DNA of 64,000 nt from Marinicella sp. (GTDB taxonomy: Bacteria > Pseudomonadota > Gammaproteobacteria > Xanthomonadales > Marinicellaceae), in NCBI GenBank assembly GCA_965230295.1, contig OZ246001.1, forward strand, positions 992,001 to 1,056,000. Direction: 5' to 3'. The notes under the pieces are model-generated. The model made no database searches, was not told the origin of the DNA, and saw nothing but the letters and a program-made list of their open reading frames with translations. A program made the translations under genes and the position numbers. Below are positions 30,601 through 39,532 of the stretch, in pieces. Each line of letters starts with the position of its first letter. Within the stretch, counting starts at the first letter, position 1.

Positions 30601-31659
30601 GAAGCCCAACAACATTCGATCAGAACCATTGTTTTCTTTGCGGAAAATCTCCTGAAAACCCACCGTGATGTCATCTGGCTGAATCCAGGCCTCGATGGTT
30701 AAACCATCAGAAAAATTAAAATCATTGCTGTGGGGAATCACCACATCATCATCCACCCCGTCAAAATCCAAAGCAAAACCGGGGTTGGCCGCGAATACAT
30801 GAAAATCCGCGGTTTCTCCGATCACACCGGTTTGAAACCCCAAGGCACTGCCCGTGCCGGTCACCGGACCGTCAACCACTGACAAATCGCCATCATTGCG
30901 TAGATAATAATCAAATCCCACCTCAGAACCCAGTAAGGCCAAGGCATTGTCTTGGGGGCAGGTGAGCGTGGCTTCACCCGTAAGTACCTGCATGGCAGGC
31001 ACCGGCACCGGAACCAACGGCTCAACTGAAATCTGTTGTGTGTTGGTCCCAGAACAACTTCCGTTACTTGTATCAAGCGTGACGGTATAATCTCCGGGGT
31101 CGGTGTATGTATGACTGGGGGATTGTGCGTTTGATGTGTTGCCATCTCCGAAGTCCCAGGACCATGCATTCATCAAAGGCATGGTGGTGTCTGTGAAATT
31201 CACCTGGGCACCCACAGCAACGGTAGTGGCCGAAACAGCAAAGTCCGTGTTGACCACGGTAACCGTTGTGTTCAATAGATCAATCAGATCATTGTCCCCT
31301 GGGACTTGTGGGTTGATTCTCACCACCACCGCATACGCCTGACCGAAATTTAAATTGGCAAGTTCAGAGAATGTATATGATTCTGTGTTGCCCGTGGTAT
31401 TCAGGGTGGTGGGGATAAAAACTTCTGGGAAGGAGAAATTTGCCCCACCATCGATTGAAAACTCCAAAGTGACTGGCAAGCCATTGAGATTGGTCACTCC
31501 GTTGTTAATCAGTTGAACAGTCACTGATTGTGGGCCAACATCGGACACACAACTGGCAGGGGCCAAAATTTGATTGATGTCGATGTCTTGTTGTGCACTG
31601 ACGATATCGGCAATCAAAACCATTGCCAACATCATGATGTTTTGTGTTATTTGTTTCAT
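27622..31659 (-). CDS. Large secreted protein: PKD, LamG/concanavalin-like, beta-helix/choice-of-anchor-Q-like and Ig-like domains, DLIFRDGF tail
   Basis: Start at MKQITQN (signal peptide); WSWDFGDG...PSHTY (PKD); ALDFDGVDD...WVHIVATF...LRIWN (LamG); LQLGSPLIDAG...VDIGPFE. Confidence 0.85.
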   Translation of the reverse strand: MKQITQNIMMLAMVLIADIVSAQQDIDINQILAPASCVSDVGPQSVTVQLINNGVTNLNGLPVTLEFSIDGGANFSFPEVFIPTTLNTTGNTESYTFSELANLNFGQAYAVVVRINPQVPGDNDLIDLLNTTVTVVNTDFAVSATTVAVGAQVNFTDTTMPLMNAWSWDFGDGNTSNAQSPSHTYTDPGDYTVTLDTSNGSCSGTNTQQISVEPLVPVPVPAMQVLTGEATLTCPQDNALALLGSEVGFDYYLRNDGDLSVVDGPVTGTGSALGFQTGVIGETADFHVFAANPGFALDFDGVDDDVVIPHSNDFNFSDGLTIEAWIQPDDITVGFQEIFRKENNGSDRMLLGFQDNGTILSFGIETSDDGYTELDVPINAADYNGQWVHIVATFDDPTNAMRLYRNGVELGNKASNGAMQTATSPSNGHIGSNSGATEFFDGQIAALRIWNTAPSTQTEVDDLLRTGQANLFTGQESGLVAYHAFYEGAGTVLTDVANNNHGIINDALWTTGMDGGVGAVVSNAVSITQVGTCEQVQYTLAKATGLQSLIINNATSAEAISQYFNAPQPITVYGAEFYAFKTAPAGPPVNLQLSLYLADTEFLPTGTPLATTNLSVAHGLGGGTLDEIRVTGVFSSSITVSQPYVIVVVNPSATDVSLVLNDYTAIPPDGGGEFLAGANISGNWLRGSDVSIGGMPLDADALFEPLVSYDLITDFIMTPAQDDGSHMVSLTNNSSPILSDRMYNQVAFLNAIDQSHEYDMGDGTVLAGPDASHTYRCGNTYQITKTDTLFGWQVDVTDSETKSWGNGAPFDSTVYVDLSASGTQTGCDWPNAFNSIQPAVDVSLSDGAILVAEGSYMITDEITINEPLNIRGGFPAGGGTQNIDNHPTIIDAFESITANRQRVINATHAADNLYLEGLTLQNGFDFSDGEGGGIRTTGDLRLLRVIIRDNNASNNAGDAFGGAIYTQTGHIMVANSQVIDNTVFGSSNASGGIYSVSGNVTLVESTLSGNEVLASTSFANGGGIVTSSGDITLVNSTVNNNRSRSESFIAEGGGLFSNDGVIYVVNSLIYANQAATDSLSSSGASGGGVRNNNGSVHLINSAVVNNTALSFSSSSSGGGVAATDINMQNSLLWDNLISNDGGVNFVPSEFSANVLTTSHSLIKSVDLTAENGLDASDPGFDPLFSDEMNGDYNLQLGSPLIDAGDINHLPADDFDVDGDADLTERIPLDLAGMTRELGMDVDIGPFEFQTEYLVGGQLTGLLFGNEITLQNNAGDDLNLMDNGAFVFSSPVAVGDDYDVTVLDQPNNPIQPCVVSNESGTISNQDITDVMVVCEVGNDLIFRDGF

Positions 31660-32154
31660 AAGTAAACCAGGATCACTCACATGGCTGCCACTCATTTCAC
31701 CTTCTCTTTGAAATGATGTGAGCGTTAATTGATCGACCTGTCTTGACTGCCTTCGATCGACACCAAATACCCCAATACCTTCCAGCATGACGTGATTTCT
31801 GCACAATCACAGGCATGGACCAAAGAACAATTCAAGACCACCCTCTCATATATTCTAAAACATGCACCCATCCCTTGCGACCATTAAATGGGTAATGTGC
31901 CGGTTGTTGGGGTGTTTTGATTGTTGGTATGGTTGCCATTGATTGAAATTCCCCAATTAGAGAAAATCTCATTCAGCGGCTGAATGTATAAAGCGTGCCG
32001 TAATGAGCCATCCAGTCCAAAGCCGGGGTGAGGGTGAGGATGATCATGGCTTGGGTCTCACAAGGACATTCCTTTAACAATTGATTTTAACATTTCATGG
32101 ATGGCTTAACTTAATAACTCACCCATCGCCGACTGAAGTCGACTTCCCATGGCA

Positions 32155-32619
32155 TCATGCCAAATCCCCAATCGGTAAATGCGAGGTGCGTTTCTTTTGT
32201 TGCATGGAGAAACTGGTGTTGATGGAGCGGATGGAAGGCAGCCGCAGGATTTTTTCATAGATCAGTTGGTTGTAATCATTCATGTCGCGAGCCACAATTT
32301 TTAACAAATAATCTGATTCACCGCTGGTGGCATGACATTCGAGAATTTCTGGCCATTGTTGAATGCCTTGATCAAATCGCTCGACAGTTTCCGGGTGGTG
32401 GTTATCCAAAGAAATTTGGGCAAAGGCGGTGATGTTCAATCCCAACATGTCCTGATCAACGATGGCGGTGTAGCCTTTAATCAAACCTTGCTTTTCTAAG
32501 GCGTCTACCCGCCGCCAACAAGGTGCTTGTGACAGCGACACTTGTTCAGCCAGATCTTTGTTGGTGATGCGGCCATCAAGTTGTAGGGCTTTTAAAATCT
32601 TTTTGTCATATGAATCCAT
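32155..32619 (-). CDS. Lrp/AsnC family transcriptional regulator
   Basis: MDSYDKKILKALQLDGRITNKDLAEQVSLSQAPCWRRV, ECHATSGESDYLLK; divergent from the 2-oxoacid dehydrogenase genes. Confidence 0.92.
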   Translation of the reverse strand: MDSYDKKILKALQLDGRITNKDLAEQVSLSQAPCWRRVDALEKQGLIKGYTAIVDQDMLGLNITAFAQISLDNHHPETVERFDQGIQQWPEILECHATSGESDYLLKIVARDMNDYNQLIYEKILRLPSIRSINTSFSMQQKKRTSHLPIGDLA

Positions 32620-32753
32620 GAACAACAATATAATTGCCTGATTTAATAATTTCAATATATTTAATTGCTTTGAATGGTTTTTTGCAGCAAATATCGAAAA
32701 CACATTTTAATCAAAATCAGAGATAATGTGCATCCCAAAATTCTGAGAGCCGC

Positions 32754-34865
32754 ATGCAGTTATTTAAAAACCAAGCAGAACATCCACAACAACCAGAGGC
32801 CGACAGCCCTTTTGATTGGCAAAAATTAGCCAAGGATTTATTGACTTCCAGAGCCCTGGATGACTTGGAAGAATTTGATTTGGTGAAGCAGAAAAAGGTG
32901 TTGTATCAATTCTCGGCACGCGGTCATGACATGGCACAAATCATGCTGGGCCAAATCATGAACCGCAAAAAAGATGCCGTTTCTGGTTATTACCGTTCCA
33001 GGCCATTGCTGCTGTCAATGGGCATCTCAGTGGAACAGTTCTTACAAGCGACCATGATGAAGCAAGGTGGATTTTCTAATGGACGTGACATCGGCGTGGT
33101 GTTCAACCAACCCAATGATGACGGCGCTTGCATACTGCCCATGTCAGGTGGCGTGGGTGCTCAATACACACCAGTGGCAGGCTGGGCGCAAGCCGTTGAA
33201 TACCACAGCGAAACTTTAAAGAATTCAGCATGGGATGATGCCATGGGCTTGGTACTGGGAGGTGATGGCTCGGTGGCAACCAACGGCTTTTGGTCGGCTT
33301 TAACCATGGCCACCACTTTGGAATTGCCGATGATGTTCTACATTGAAGACAATGGATATGGCATTTCTGTACCCTCCCATTTCCAAACACCTGGCGGCAA
33401 CATCGTTAAGAACCTGGCCTCATTCAAAGGCATCACCCTGCTCTCTGGTGACGGATCCAACCCTGAAGAAGCCGCTGAATTGATTGCTCAAGCCAACGAC
33501 ATCATCAGGACCGAACGCAAGCCTGTATTGCTCAGATTAACTGTCCCACGATTGAACGGCCATTCAGCTCAAGACACGCAAAGCTACAAAAGTGCCGATC
33601 GCATTGCTTTCGAGAAACAGCACGACCCCTTACCCAAACTCAAAAAATTCTTACTTACCAATGGACACATGGATGAAGCAGAATGGGATCAACTCGAACA
33701 TGAGGCCAAAGACCATGTCTATGCCGCCTACCAAAAAGTAGATCAGCAAGAACATGCCGATCCAGCGGGTATCGAATTACATGCTTTTGCCGAACAAGAT
33801 GAACAAGGCAACCCGATATTACAGGCACAAGGCGGGATCCATTTAGACAGCCCAATCTTTCCACCATCTTCCTCGGAAGTCATTGCCGAACCAGGCCGCA
33901 TCAACATGGTGACCGCCATTCGCAAAACCCTGGATTACGAGTTAACCCACAATGACAAAATGATGGTGTTTGGTGAGGATGTGGGTGCCAAAGGTGGGGT
34001 GCATGCCGTAACCCTGGGCCTGCAAGAAAAACACGGCGAAGCCAAAGTGTTTGACACCAGTTTATCTGAAGAAGGCATCATTGGTCGTTCAATTGGCTTG
34101 TCATTGGCAGGCTTGTTACCGGTACCAGAAATCCAATTCAGAAAGTACGCCGACCCCGCAGAAGAACAATTGAATGAAACCGGTTCCATGCGCTGGCGCA
34201 CCAACAACCGCTTTGCAGCACCGATGGTGGTCCGGATGGCGGGTGGTTACTTCGGTTGTGGTGACCCCTGGCACTCACAGTGTGCCGAAGTCAAATGGGT
34301 ACACGCCATCGGCTGGCAAGTGGCGATGCCTTCCAATGCAGAAGACGCGGTTGGCTTATTGCGTTATGCCTTGCGTAACAACAACCCCAGTATCTTTTTT
34401 GAGCACCGCAAGATGCTCGATCATATCTGGGCTCGCAGACCCTACCCTGGCGACCAATACATCATTCCATTTGGCCAGGGCAAAAAGTTATTCAGTGGTG
34501 ATCGTCTGACTGTGGTCAGCTGGGGTGGCATGGTGCACATGTGTCAAACAGCGATTGAAAAAACCGGTGTAGCCGCAGACTTGATTGACCTGAGAACCCT
34601 GCGACCCTGGGATAAGGACATGGTGCTTGAATCGGTAAAAAGAACCGGCCGCTGCTTGATTGTACATGAAGATAACCTGTCAGCCGGATTTGGTGCCGAG
34701 ATTGCTGCTGTGTTGGCCAAAGAAGCGTTCTTTTACTTGGATGCACCGATTGAAAGGTTGGCCACCGCTGATATTGGTAACCCGCACGATCCCAGATTGA
34801 TGGAACACGCTTTACCCAATCCGGACAGCATCGCCCAACGCATCATGGAGTTAGACCAAGCATGA
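32754..34865 (+). CDS. 2-oxoacid (probably branched-chain) dehydrogenase E1, fused alpha+beta
   Basis: GDGS...EDNGYGIS TPP motif; FGEDVG..GGV, FDTSLSE, EIQF, IDLRTL.PWD. Confidence 0.9.
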   Translation: MQLFKNQAEHPQQPEADSPFDWQKLAKDLLTSRALDDLEEFDLVKQKKVLYQFSARGHDMAQIMLGQIMNRKKDAVSGYYRSRPLLLSMGISVEQFLQATMMKQGGFSNGRDIGVVFNQPNDDGACILPMSGGVGAQYTPVAGWAQAVEYHSETLKNSAWDDAMGLVLGGDGSVATNGFWSALTMATTLELPMMFYIEDNGYGISVPSHFQTPGGNIVKNLASFKGITLLSGDGSNPEEAAELIAQANDIIRTERKPVLLRLTVPRLNGHSAQDTQSYKSADRIAFEKQHDPLPKLKKFLLTNGHMDEAEWDQLEHEAKDHVYAAYQKVDQQEHADPAGIELHAFAEQDEQGNPILQAQGGIHLDSPIFPPSSSEVIAEPGRINMVTAIRKTLDYELTHNDKMMVFGEDVGAKGGVHAVTLGLQEKHGEAKVFDTSLSEEGIIGRSIGLSLAGLLPVPEIQFRKYADPAEEQLNETGSMRWRTNNRFAAPMVVRMAGGYFGCGDPWHSQCAEVKWVHAIGWQVAMPSNAEDAVGLLRYALRNNNPSIFFEHRKMLDHIWARRPYPGDQYIIPFGQGKKLFSGDRLTVVSWGGMVHMCQTAIEKTGVAADLIDLRTLRPWDKDMVLESVKRTGRCLIVHEDNLSAGFGAEIAAVLAKEAFFYLDAPIERLATADIGNPHDPRLMEHALPNPDSIAQRIMELDQA

Positions 34866-36097
34866 GTGGACAAGAAAATACTTTGGTCGAAATCAAATTA
34901 ACCGCAGACCAAACCGAAGGCACCAAGGCCACCGTGGCCCAATGGCTGAAGCGCACCGGAGAAACCGTGGTCAAAGATGAGCCCATCATTGAGCTGGAAA
35001 CCGATAAAGTGATGATGGAAGTGATTGCACCGGCCTCAGGTGTGCTGCAAGAAAAAATGGTTTTAGAAGGCGAACCGGCAGAAGAAAATAAAATTTTGGG
35101 AACTATCTGTGAAACGACCGTGTCCAACCCCCCGAATGAACGAGAAAACAGGTCAGAAGAAACTCCAATAAATGGCACAGAAGTTTTACCTCAAGAAGAC
35201 CCGACTGCTGGGTTACCCGATCCTCCTTCTACCTTCATAAGCCCAGCAGTTCGGCGTTTACACCAACAACACCAGTTGGATCTAAGTCAAATCACCGGTA
35301 CCGGAAAAAACCAACGCATCACCTCCAGAGATGTGAAAGCCTATTTGGCCAAATCACCCACCACAGTACCGGCCATCAGTGACCCGGTGGTTCACACTTC
35401 TGCCGGCAGCGAGGTCATTCCGCACACCCAAATGCGCAGAATCATTGCTGAACACATGCAACACAGCGTGCAAACCGCACCGCATGTGACTTCTGTATTT
35501 GATTTGGACATGACCGCCATCATCAACCACCGCAAAGCACACAAGCAAACCTTTGCCAATCAAGGCGTGAAACTGACCTTCACAGCCTATTTTGTGGCGG
35601 CTGCAATACAAGCCATCAAACACCAACCCAAAGTCAACAGCCAATTCCATGAAGATGGTTTGGAAGTGTTTAAGCATGTCAATTTGGGCTTTGGGACCGC
35701 ATTGGGCGATGACGGCTTGATCGTACCGGTGATCCACCAATGCCAAAATCTGAATTTACAACAAATTGCCGAGCAACTGACCACCCTCACTGAAAAAGCC
35801 CGCAACAACCAACTCAGCCAAAAAGACGTTCAAGGTGGCACCTTCACCATCTCCAACCACGGTGTCTCAGGATCGCTGGTGGCCACGCCCATCATCATCA
35901 ACCAGCCACAATCGGCCATCTTGGGCTTGGGCAAAATGGAAAAACGGGTGGTGGTTGAAACCCACAATGGCCAAGACATGATGGTGATCAAACCCATGTG
36001 TTATGTCAGCCTGACCATTGACCACCGTGCTTTGGATGCCTACCAAACCAATGATTTTCTCAGTCATTTCAAAGATGTGATTGAGAACTGGCAATGA
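34862..36097 (+). CDS. 2-oxoacid dehydrogenase E2 (dihydrolipoamide acyltransferase)
   Basis: Lipoyl motif ETDKV, SPAVRRL...GTGKNQRIT, GGTFTISN, DHRALD. Confidence 0.93.
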   Translation: MSGQENTLVEIKLTADQTEGTKATVAQWLKRTGETVVKDEPIIELETDKVMMEVIAPASGVLQEKMVLEGEPAEENKILGTICETTVSNPPNERENRSEETPINGTEVLPQEDPTAGLPDPPSTFISPAVRRLHQQHQLDLSQITGTGKNQRITSRDVKAYLAKSPTTVPAISDPVVHTSAGSEVIPHTQMRRIIAEHMQHSVQTAPHVTSVFDLDMTAIINHRKAHKQTFANQGVKLTFTAYFVAAAIQAIKHQPKVNSQFHEDGLEVFKHVNLGFGTALGDDGLIVPVIHQCQNLNLQQIAEQLTTLTEKARNNQLSQKDVQGGTFTISNHGVSGSLVATPIIINQPQSAILGLGKMEKRVVVETHNGQDMMVIKPMCYVSLTIDHRALDAYQTNDFLSHFKDVIENWQ

Positions 36098-36117
36098 AAT
36101 CAACACAGCCAACCCAC

Positions 36118-36146
36118 AAAAAAACCCGCTTTGTAGCGGGTTTTTT
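36118..36146. terminator. Bidirectional intrinsic terminator
   Basis: AAAAAAACCCGCT-TTGT-AGCGGGTTTTTT between convergent genes. Confidence 0.85.
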
Positions 36147-36169
36147 TACTTTTTAGCTGCGTTATTTGA

Positions 36170-36601
36170 TCAGATGGTTTTACCTAAAAACACCAAAGCC
36201 AAAATCAATGCCACCAAACCCAAAGCTTCTCTTTTGGGCTCTAAAAAGGCCACCGCACTGTCGATCATGCCGGTGATTTTTTCGTTGGATTTGGTCCAAT
36301 CTTTGAGTTGTCCTTGCGCAAACAGGAGACCCAGACCCAACATCACCAATACACCCAGCACAGAGATGATCCAGCTGAGCAAGGCATGTTGTAGCATCAC
36401 TCCAATGTAGCGCAACACCACAAAAATCAACCAATAAAGTGCCAGGAAGATGGCCACCAGGCCAATCCAACCTTCAGTCTGCTTGAGTGCATCCGTCAGT
36501 CCTTTACTGGCCGGAATCAATTCGCCGACTTTTTGGGCAGCCGCAATCAAACCGAGAACAATGAGTGTAATAATAAAAATCCATGGCATTAATGAATTCA
36601 T
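36170..36601 (-). CDS. Hypothetical membrane protein (4 TM)
   Basis: 143-aa hydrophobic ORF with RBS gaagaggg. Confidence 0.75.
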   Translation of the reverse strand: MNSLMPWIFIITLIVLGLIAAAQKVGELIPASKGLTDALKQTEGWIGLVAIFLALYWLIFVVLRYIGVMLQHALLSWIISVLGVLVMLGLGLLFAQGQLKDWTKSNEKITGMIDSAVAFLEPKREALGLVALILALVFLGKTI

Positions 36602-36790
36602 GACAAACCCTCTTCTAATGATAAAACAATGATTTTAGCAAACCAGCCCAGGATTTGCACCGAACTACTCAGATTAAAATCCAATATCAGTAATGGTTCA
36701 CAAAAAACTCTGACCATCATTCAGCTTGGGTTCTATGAGTGAGCTGGCAAAAGAGACACTCAATAGTTCCAGCTTTTGATGGCAGAACTG

Positions 36791-36895
36791 TACTGAGCTG
36801 TTCACTTCGGCTACGCTCACTTCGACTCCGCTCAGTGAACGGCCTCTCGTTGGCTGAGTACTTCGACTGTGCTCAGCACAAGCGGAGTCGAAGCC
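36791..36895. repeat. Nested REP-like cluster (CTTCGACTCCGCTCAG type)
   Basis: Units CTTCGGCTACGCTCA, CTTCGACTCCGCTCAG, CTTCGACTGTGCTCAG and an inverted AGCGGAGTCGAAG. Confidence 0.75.
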
Positions 36896-36991
36896 TGTTT
36901 CAGAATGTTAAGTTAAATTATCTTCACCTTCTATTGAAGCCCCATGCACATTGCTTAGTGATAAAATAGCGTTTTTTAAATAAATCTACAC

Positions 36992-37708
36992 ATGAGACCA
37001 TCAAACAGAGCAAACAACGAACTCCGGGCTGTCACCATTCAACGCAACTACACCATGCACGCCGAAGGCTCAGTCCTGATCAGTTGCGGCAACACCCAAG
37101 TATTGTGTAACGCCAGTGTTGAAGATCGGGTACCCGGCTGGCTGCGTGGTAAGGGTCAGGGATGGGTGACTGCTGAATATGGCATGTTGCCCCGCTCCAC
37201 CAATTCACGCATGGGCCGTGAAGCATCACGTGGTAAACAAGGTGGCCGCACCTTAGAAATTCAACGCCTGATCGCTCGATCTCTGCGTGCTGTGGTTGAT
37301 TTGAAGGCTTTGGGTGAACGGGTCATCACCATCGATTGCGATGTCATCCAAGCCGATGGCGGCACCCGCACGGCGTCCATCACCGGCGCTTATGTGGCCT
37401 TGTGTGATGCTGTGGATACGCTGATGAAAGATGGCACGTTGAAAAAGAACCCCATCCACGGTGCTGTGGCAGCCGTCTCGGTTGGTATTTACAACAATGA
37501 GCCGGTGTTGGACCTGGACTACCCCGAAGATTCCAACGCTGAAACCGACATGAATGTGGTGATGAACGATGGTGGTCATTTCATTGAAGTTCAAGGCACG
37601 GCTGAAGGCCATGCCTTCAGGCGAGAGGAATTGAATCAATTGTTGGATTTGGCTGAACAAGGCATCCAGGAGTTGGTCGCAGCCCAACAGCAAGCCCTGG
37701 CTGAATAA
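36992..37708 (+). CDS. rph: Ribonuclease PH
   Basis: [48 protein letters not shown]. Confidence 0.97.
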   Translation: MRPSNRANNELRAVTIQRNYTMHAEGSVLISCGNTQVLCNASVEDRVPGWLRGKGQGWVTAEYGMLPRSTNSRMGREASRGKQGGRTLEIQRLIARSLRAVVDLKALGERVITIDCDVIQADGGTRTASITGAYVALCDAVDTLMKDGTLKKNPIHGAVAAVSVGIYNNEPVLDLDYPEDSNAETDMNVVMNDGGHFIEVQGTAEGHAFRREELNQLLDLAEQGIQELVAAQQQALAE

Positions 37709-37709
37709 C

Positions 37710-38312
37710 ATGACCCAAACAACACAAGTCATGTTGGCCAGTGGCAATGCTGGCAAATTAAGGGAGTTTGAGTCGGCGTTTGCTGACCTTAACATTGAAA
37801 TTCTACCCCAACCCAAGATCCCAGAATATGAGGTGGCTGAAACCGGTACCACATTTGTTGAAAATGCCATCATCAAGGCTCGGCATGCCAGTCAAATCAG
37901 CAACATGCCCGCCATTGCGGATGACTCAGGACTGATTGTGCCCGCACTGGCTGGCCAGCCAGGGGTTTACTCTGCGCGCTACGCCGGTGAAGGAGCCACT
38001 GACAAAGACAACCTGGAACTGTTGTTGAAAAACTTAAAGGGTATTGAACAACGAAGGGCTCACTTTTATTGTTGTTTGGTGATGATGCGACATCATTTGG
38101 ACCCTGATCCTTTGATAGCCAAAGGCTTGTGGCATGGTGAAATCAGCCTGGATGCTGCCGGACAAAATGGCTTTGGCTATGATCCTGTTTTTTATGTCTC
38201 TAGTCATCGCTGTACGTCTGCAGAATTGCCCAAGCCGGTCAAACAAAACATTTCTCACCGAGCACAAGCCATTGATGCACTCAAACCACAACTAAAAGCC
38301 ATGGGTTGGTAA
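37710..38312 (+). CDS. rdgB: dITP/XTP pyrophosphatase
   Basis: ASGNAGKLRE, ADDSGL, PGVYSARY, GFGYDP, ISHR. Confidence 0.96.
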   Translation: MTQTTQVMLASGNAGKLREFESAFADLNIEILPQPKIPEYEVAETGTTFVENAIIKARHASQISNMPAIADDSGLIVPALAGQPGVYSARYAGEGATDKDNLELLLKNLKGIEQRRAHFYCCLVMMRHHLDPDPLIAKGLWHGEISLDAAGQNGFGYDPVFYVSSHRCTSAELPKPVKQNISHRAQAIDALKPQLKAMGW

Positions 38313-38313
38313 C

Positions 38314-39462
38314 GTGTTGATTCCTCCCAAACTCAGTCTTTATATTCATTTTCCCTGGTGTGTGAAGAAATGCCCTTATTGTGACTTCAATTCGCATGCA
38401 TTGAAAAACACCTTGGATGAAGGTGCCTATGTGGCGGCTTTGCTCAAAGACTTGGAACAAGACCTGCCTGATGTTTGGGGACGCACCGTTAACACCGTGT
38501 TTATGGGTGGCGGCACCCCAAGCTTGTTTTCTGCTTCTGCCATGCAGCAGCTGATGCAACAAGTCAGGGCCTTGTTGCCTTTACGACCTGATGCTGAAAT
38601 CACCATGGAGGTCAACCCAGGCAGCCAGGAATTTGATCATTTCAATGGCTATCTGGATGCCGGGATTAACCGTTTGTCTTTTGGTATCCAATCATTGGAC
38701 AACCTACAATTAAAACGTTTGGGCCGCATCCATAACAGTGAACAAGCCCGCAATGCCGTCCAATTAGCCAAGCAATCGGGTTATGAAAACTTCAATCTGG
38801 ATATGATGTTCGGGTTACCACAACAGTCTTTAGCGGCAGCCAAAGATGACTTGATGAAGTTACTGGAACTGGAACCCACACATGTTTCCTACTACCAATT
38901 GACCATTGAACCCAACACCTTGTTTGCAGCCAAAACACCTGAACATTTGCCCGACCTGGAATTACAACACGACATGTTTCTTCAAGGCCAGGACATACTG
39001 TCCAGTCATGGTTTTGATCAATATGAGGTTTCAGCCTATGCCCAAGCCGGACACCAAAGCGAACACAACCTCAATTATTGGCAATTTGGTGATTACCTGG
39101 GCATCGGTGCTGGCGCCCACAGTAAAATCACTTTGGGCCACAGCGCTCAAATACGCCGCCAAATCAAACACAAACGCCCCGACACTTATTTGAACACGGC
39201 CGATACCAACAAACGCATCGTTGAAACACGCTGGCTGGATGAAACCACTTTACCTTTTGAATTCCTGCTCAATCAATTGCGCATCAAACAAGCCTTCAAC
39301 TGGGACAAATACACAGCTGTCACCGGTTTGTCAGCTGAAACCCTCAAAGCCACCTTCCAGCAACACATTCCGGATGAATGGTATGACATGAACGATGCAG
39401 GGATGAAATTGACTGAACAGGGTTTTTTGATGAGTGATGAAATTTTGCAAAATTTCCTGTGA
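38314..39462 (+). CDS. hemW: Radical SAM heme chaperone HemW
   Basis: YIHFPWCVKKCPYCDFNS, GGGTPS, HNLNYW, YLGIGAGAH; rph-rdgB-hemW synteny. Confidence 0.94.
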   Translation: MLIPPKLSLYIHFPWCVKKCPYCDFNSHALKNTLDEGAYVAALLKDLEQDLPDVWGRTVNTVFMGGGTPSLFSASAMQQLMQQVRALLPLRPDAEITMEVNPGSQEFDHFNGYLDAGINRLSFGIQSLDNLQLKRLGRIHNSEQARNAVQLAKQSGYENFNLDMMFGLPQQSLAAAKDDLMKLLELEPTHVSYYQLTIEPNTLFAAKTPEHLPDLELQHDMFLQGQDILSSHGFDQYEVSAYAQAGHQSEHNLNYWQFGDYLGIGAGAHSKITLGHSAQIRRQIKHKRPDTYLNTADTNKRIVETRWLDETTLPFEFLLNQLRIKQAFNWDKYTAVTGLSAETLKATFQQHIPDEWYDMNDAGMKLTEQGFLMSDEILQNFL

Positions 39463-39532
39463 AAATCATTTCATTGTCATGCACAAGCGCTAAAATAGCC
39501 TGCTGATTAATTAATTCACACACCCAAAATAC

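Noticed and set aside
31660-31806. Upstream extension of the 1394-aa ORF (similar extensions for Lrp, MBL, channel, MoxR, GntR, xdhB)
   Set aside because: Downstream ATGs give better signal peptides, RBS or family-typical N-termini.
36739-36969. ORF containing SLRLRSLRLRS; possible CRISPR-like array
   Set aside because: It is a translation of REP units. There is no regular repeat-spacer periodicity and no cas gene in the window.
37253-37876. 207-aa minus-strand ORF
   Set aside because: Antisense to the highly conserved rph/rdgB genes.
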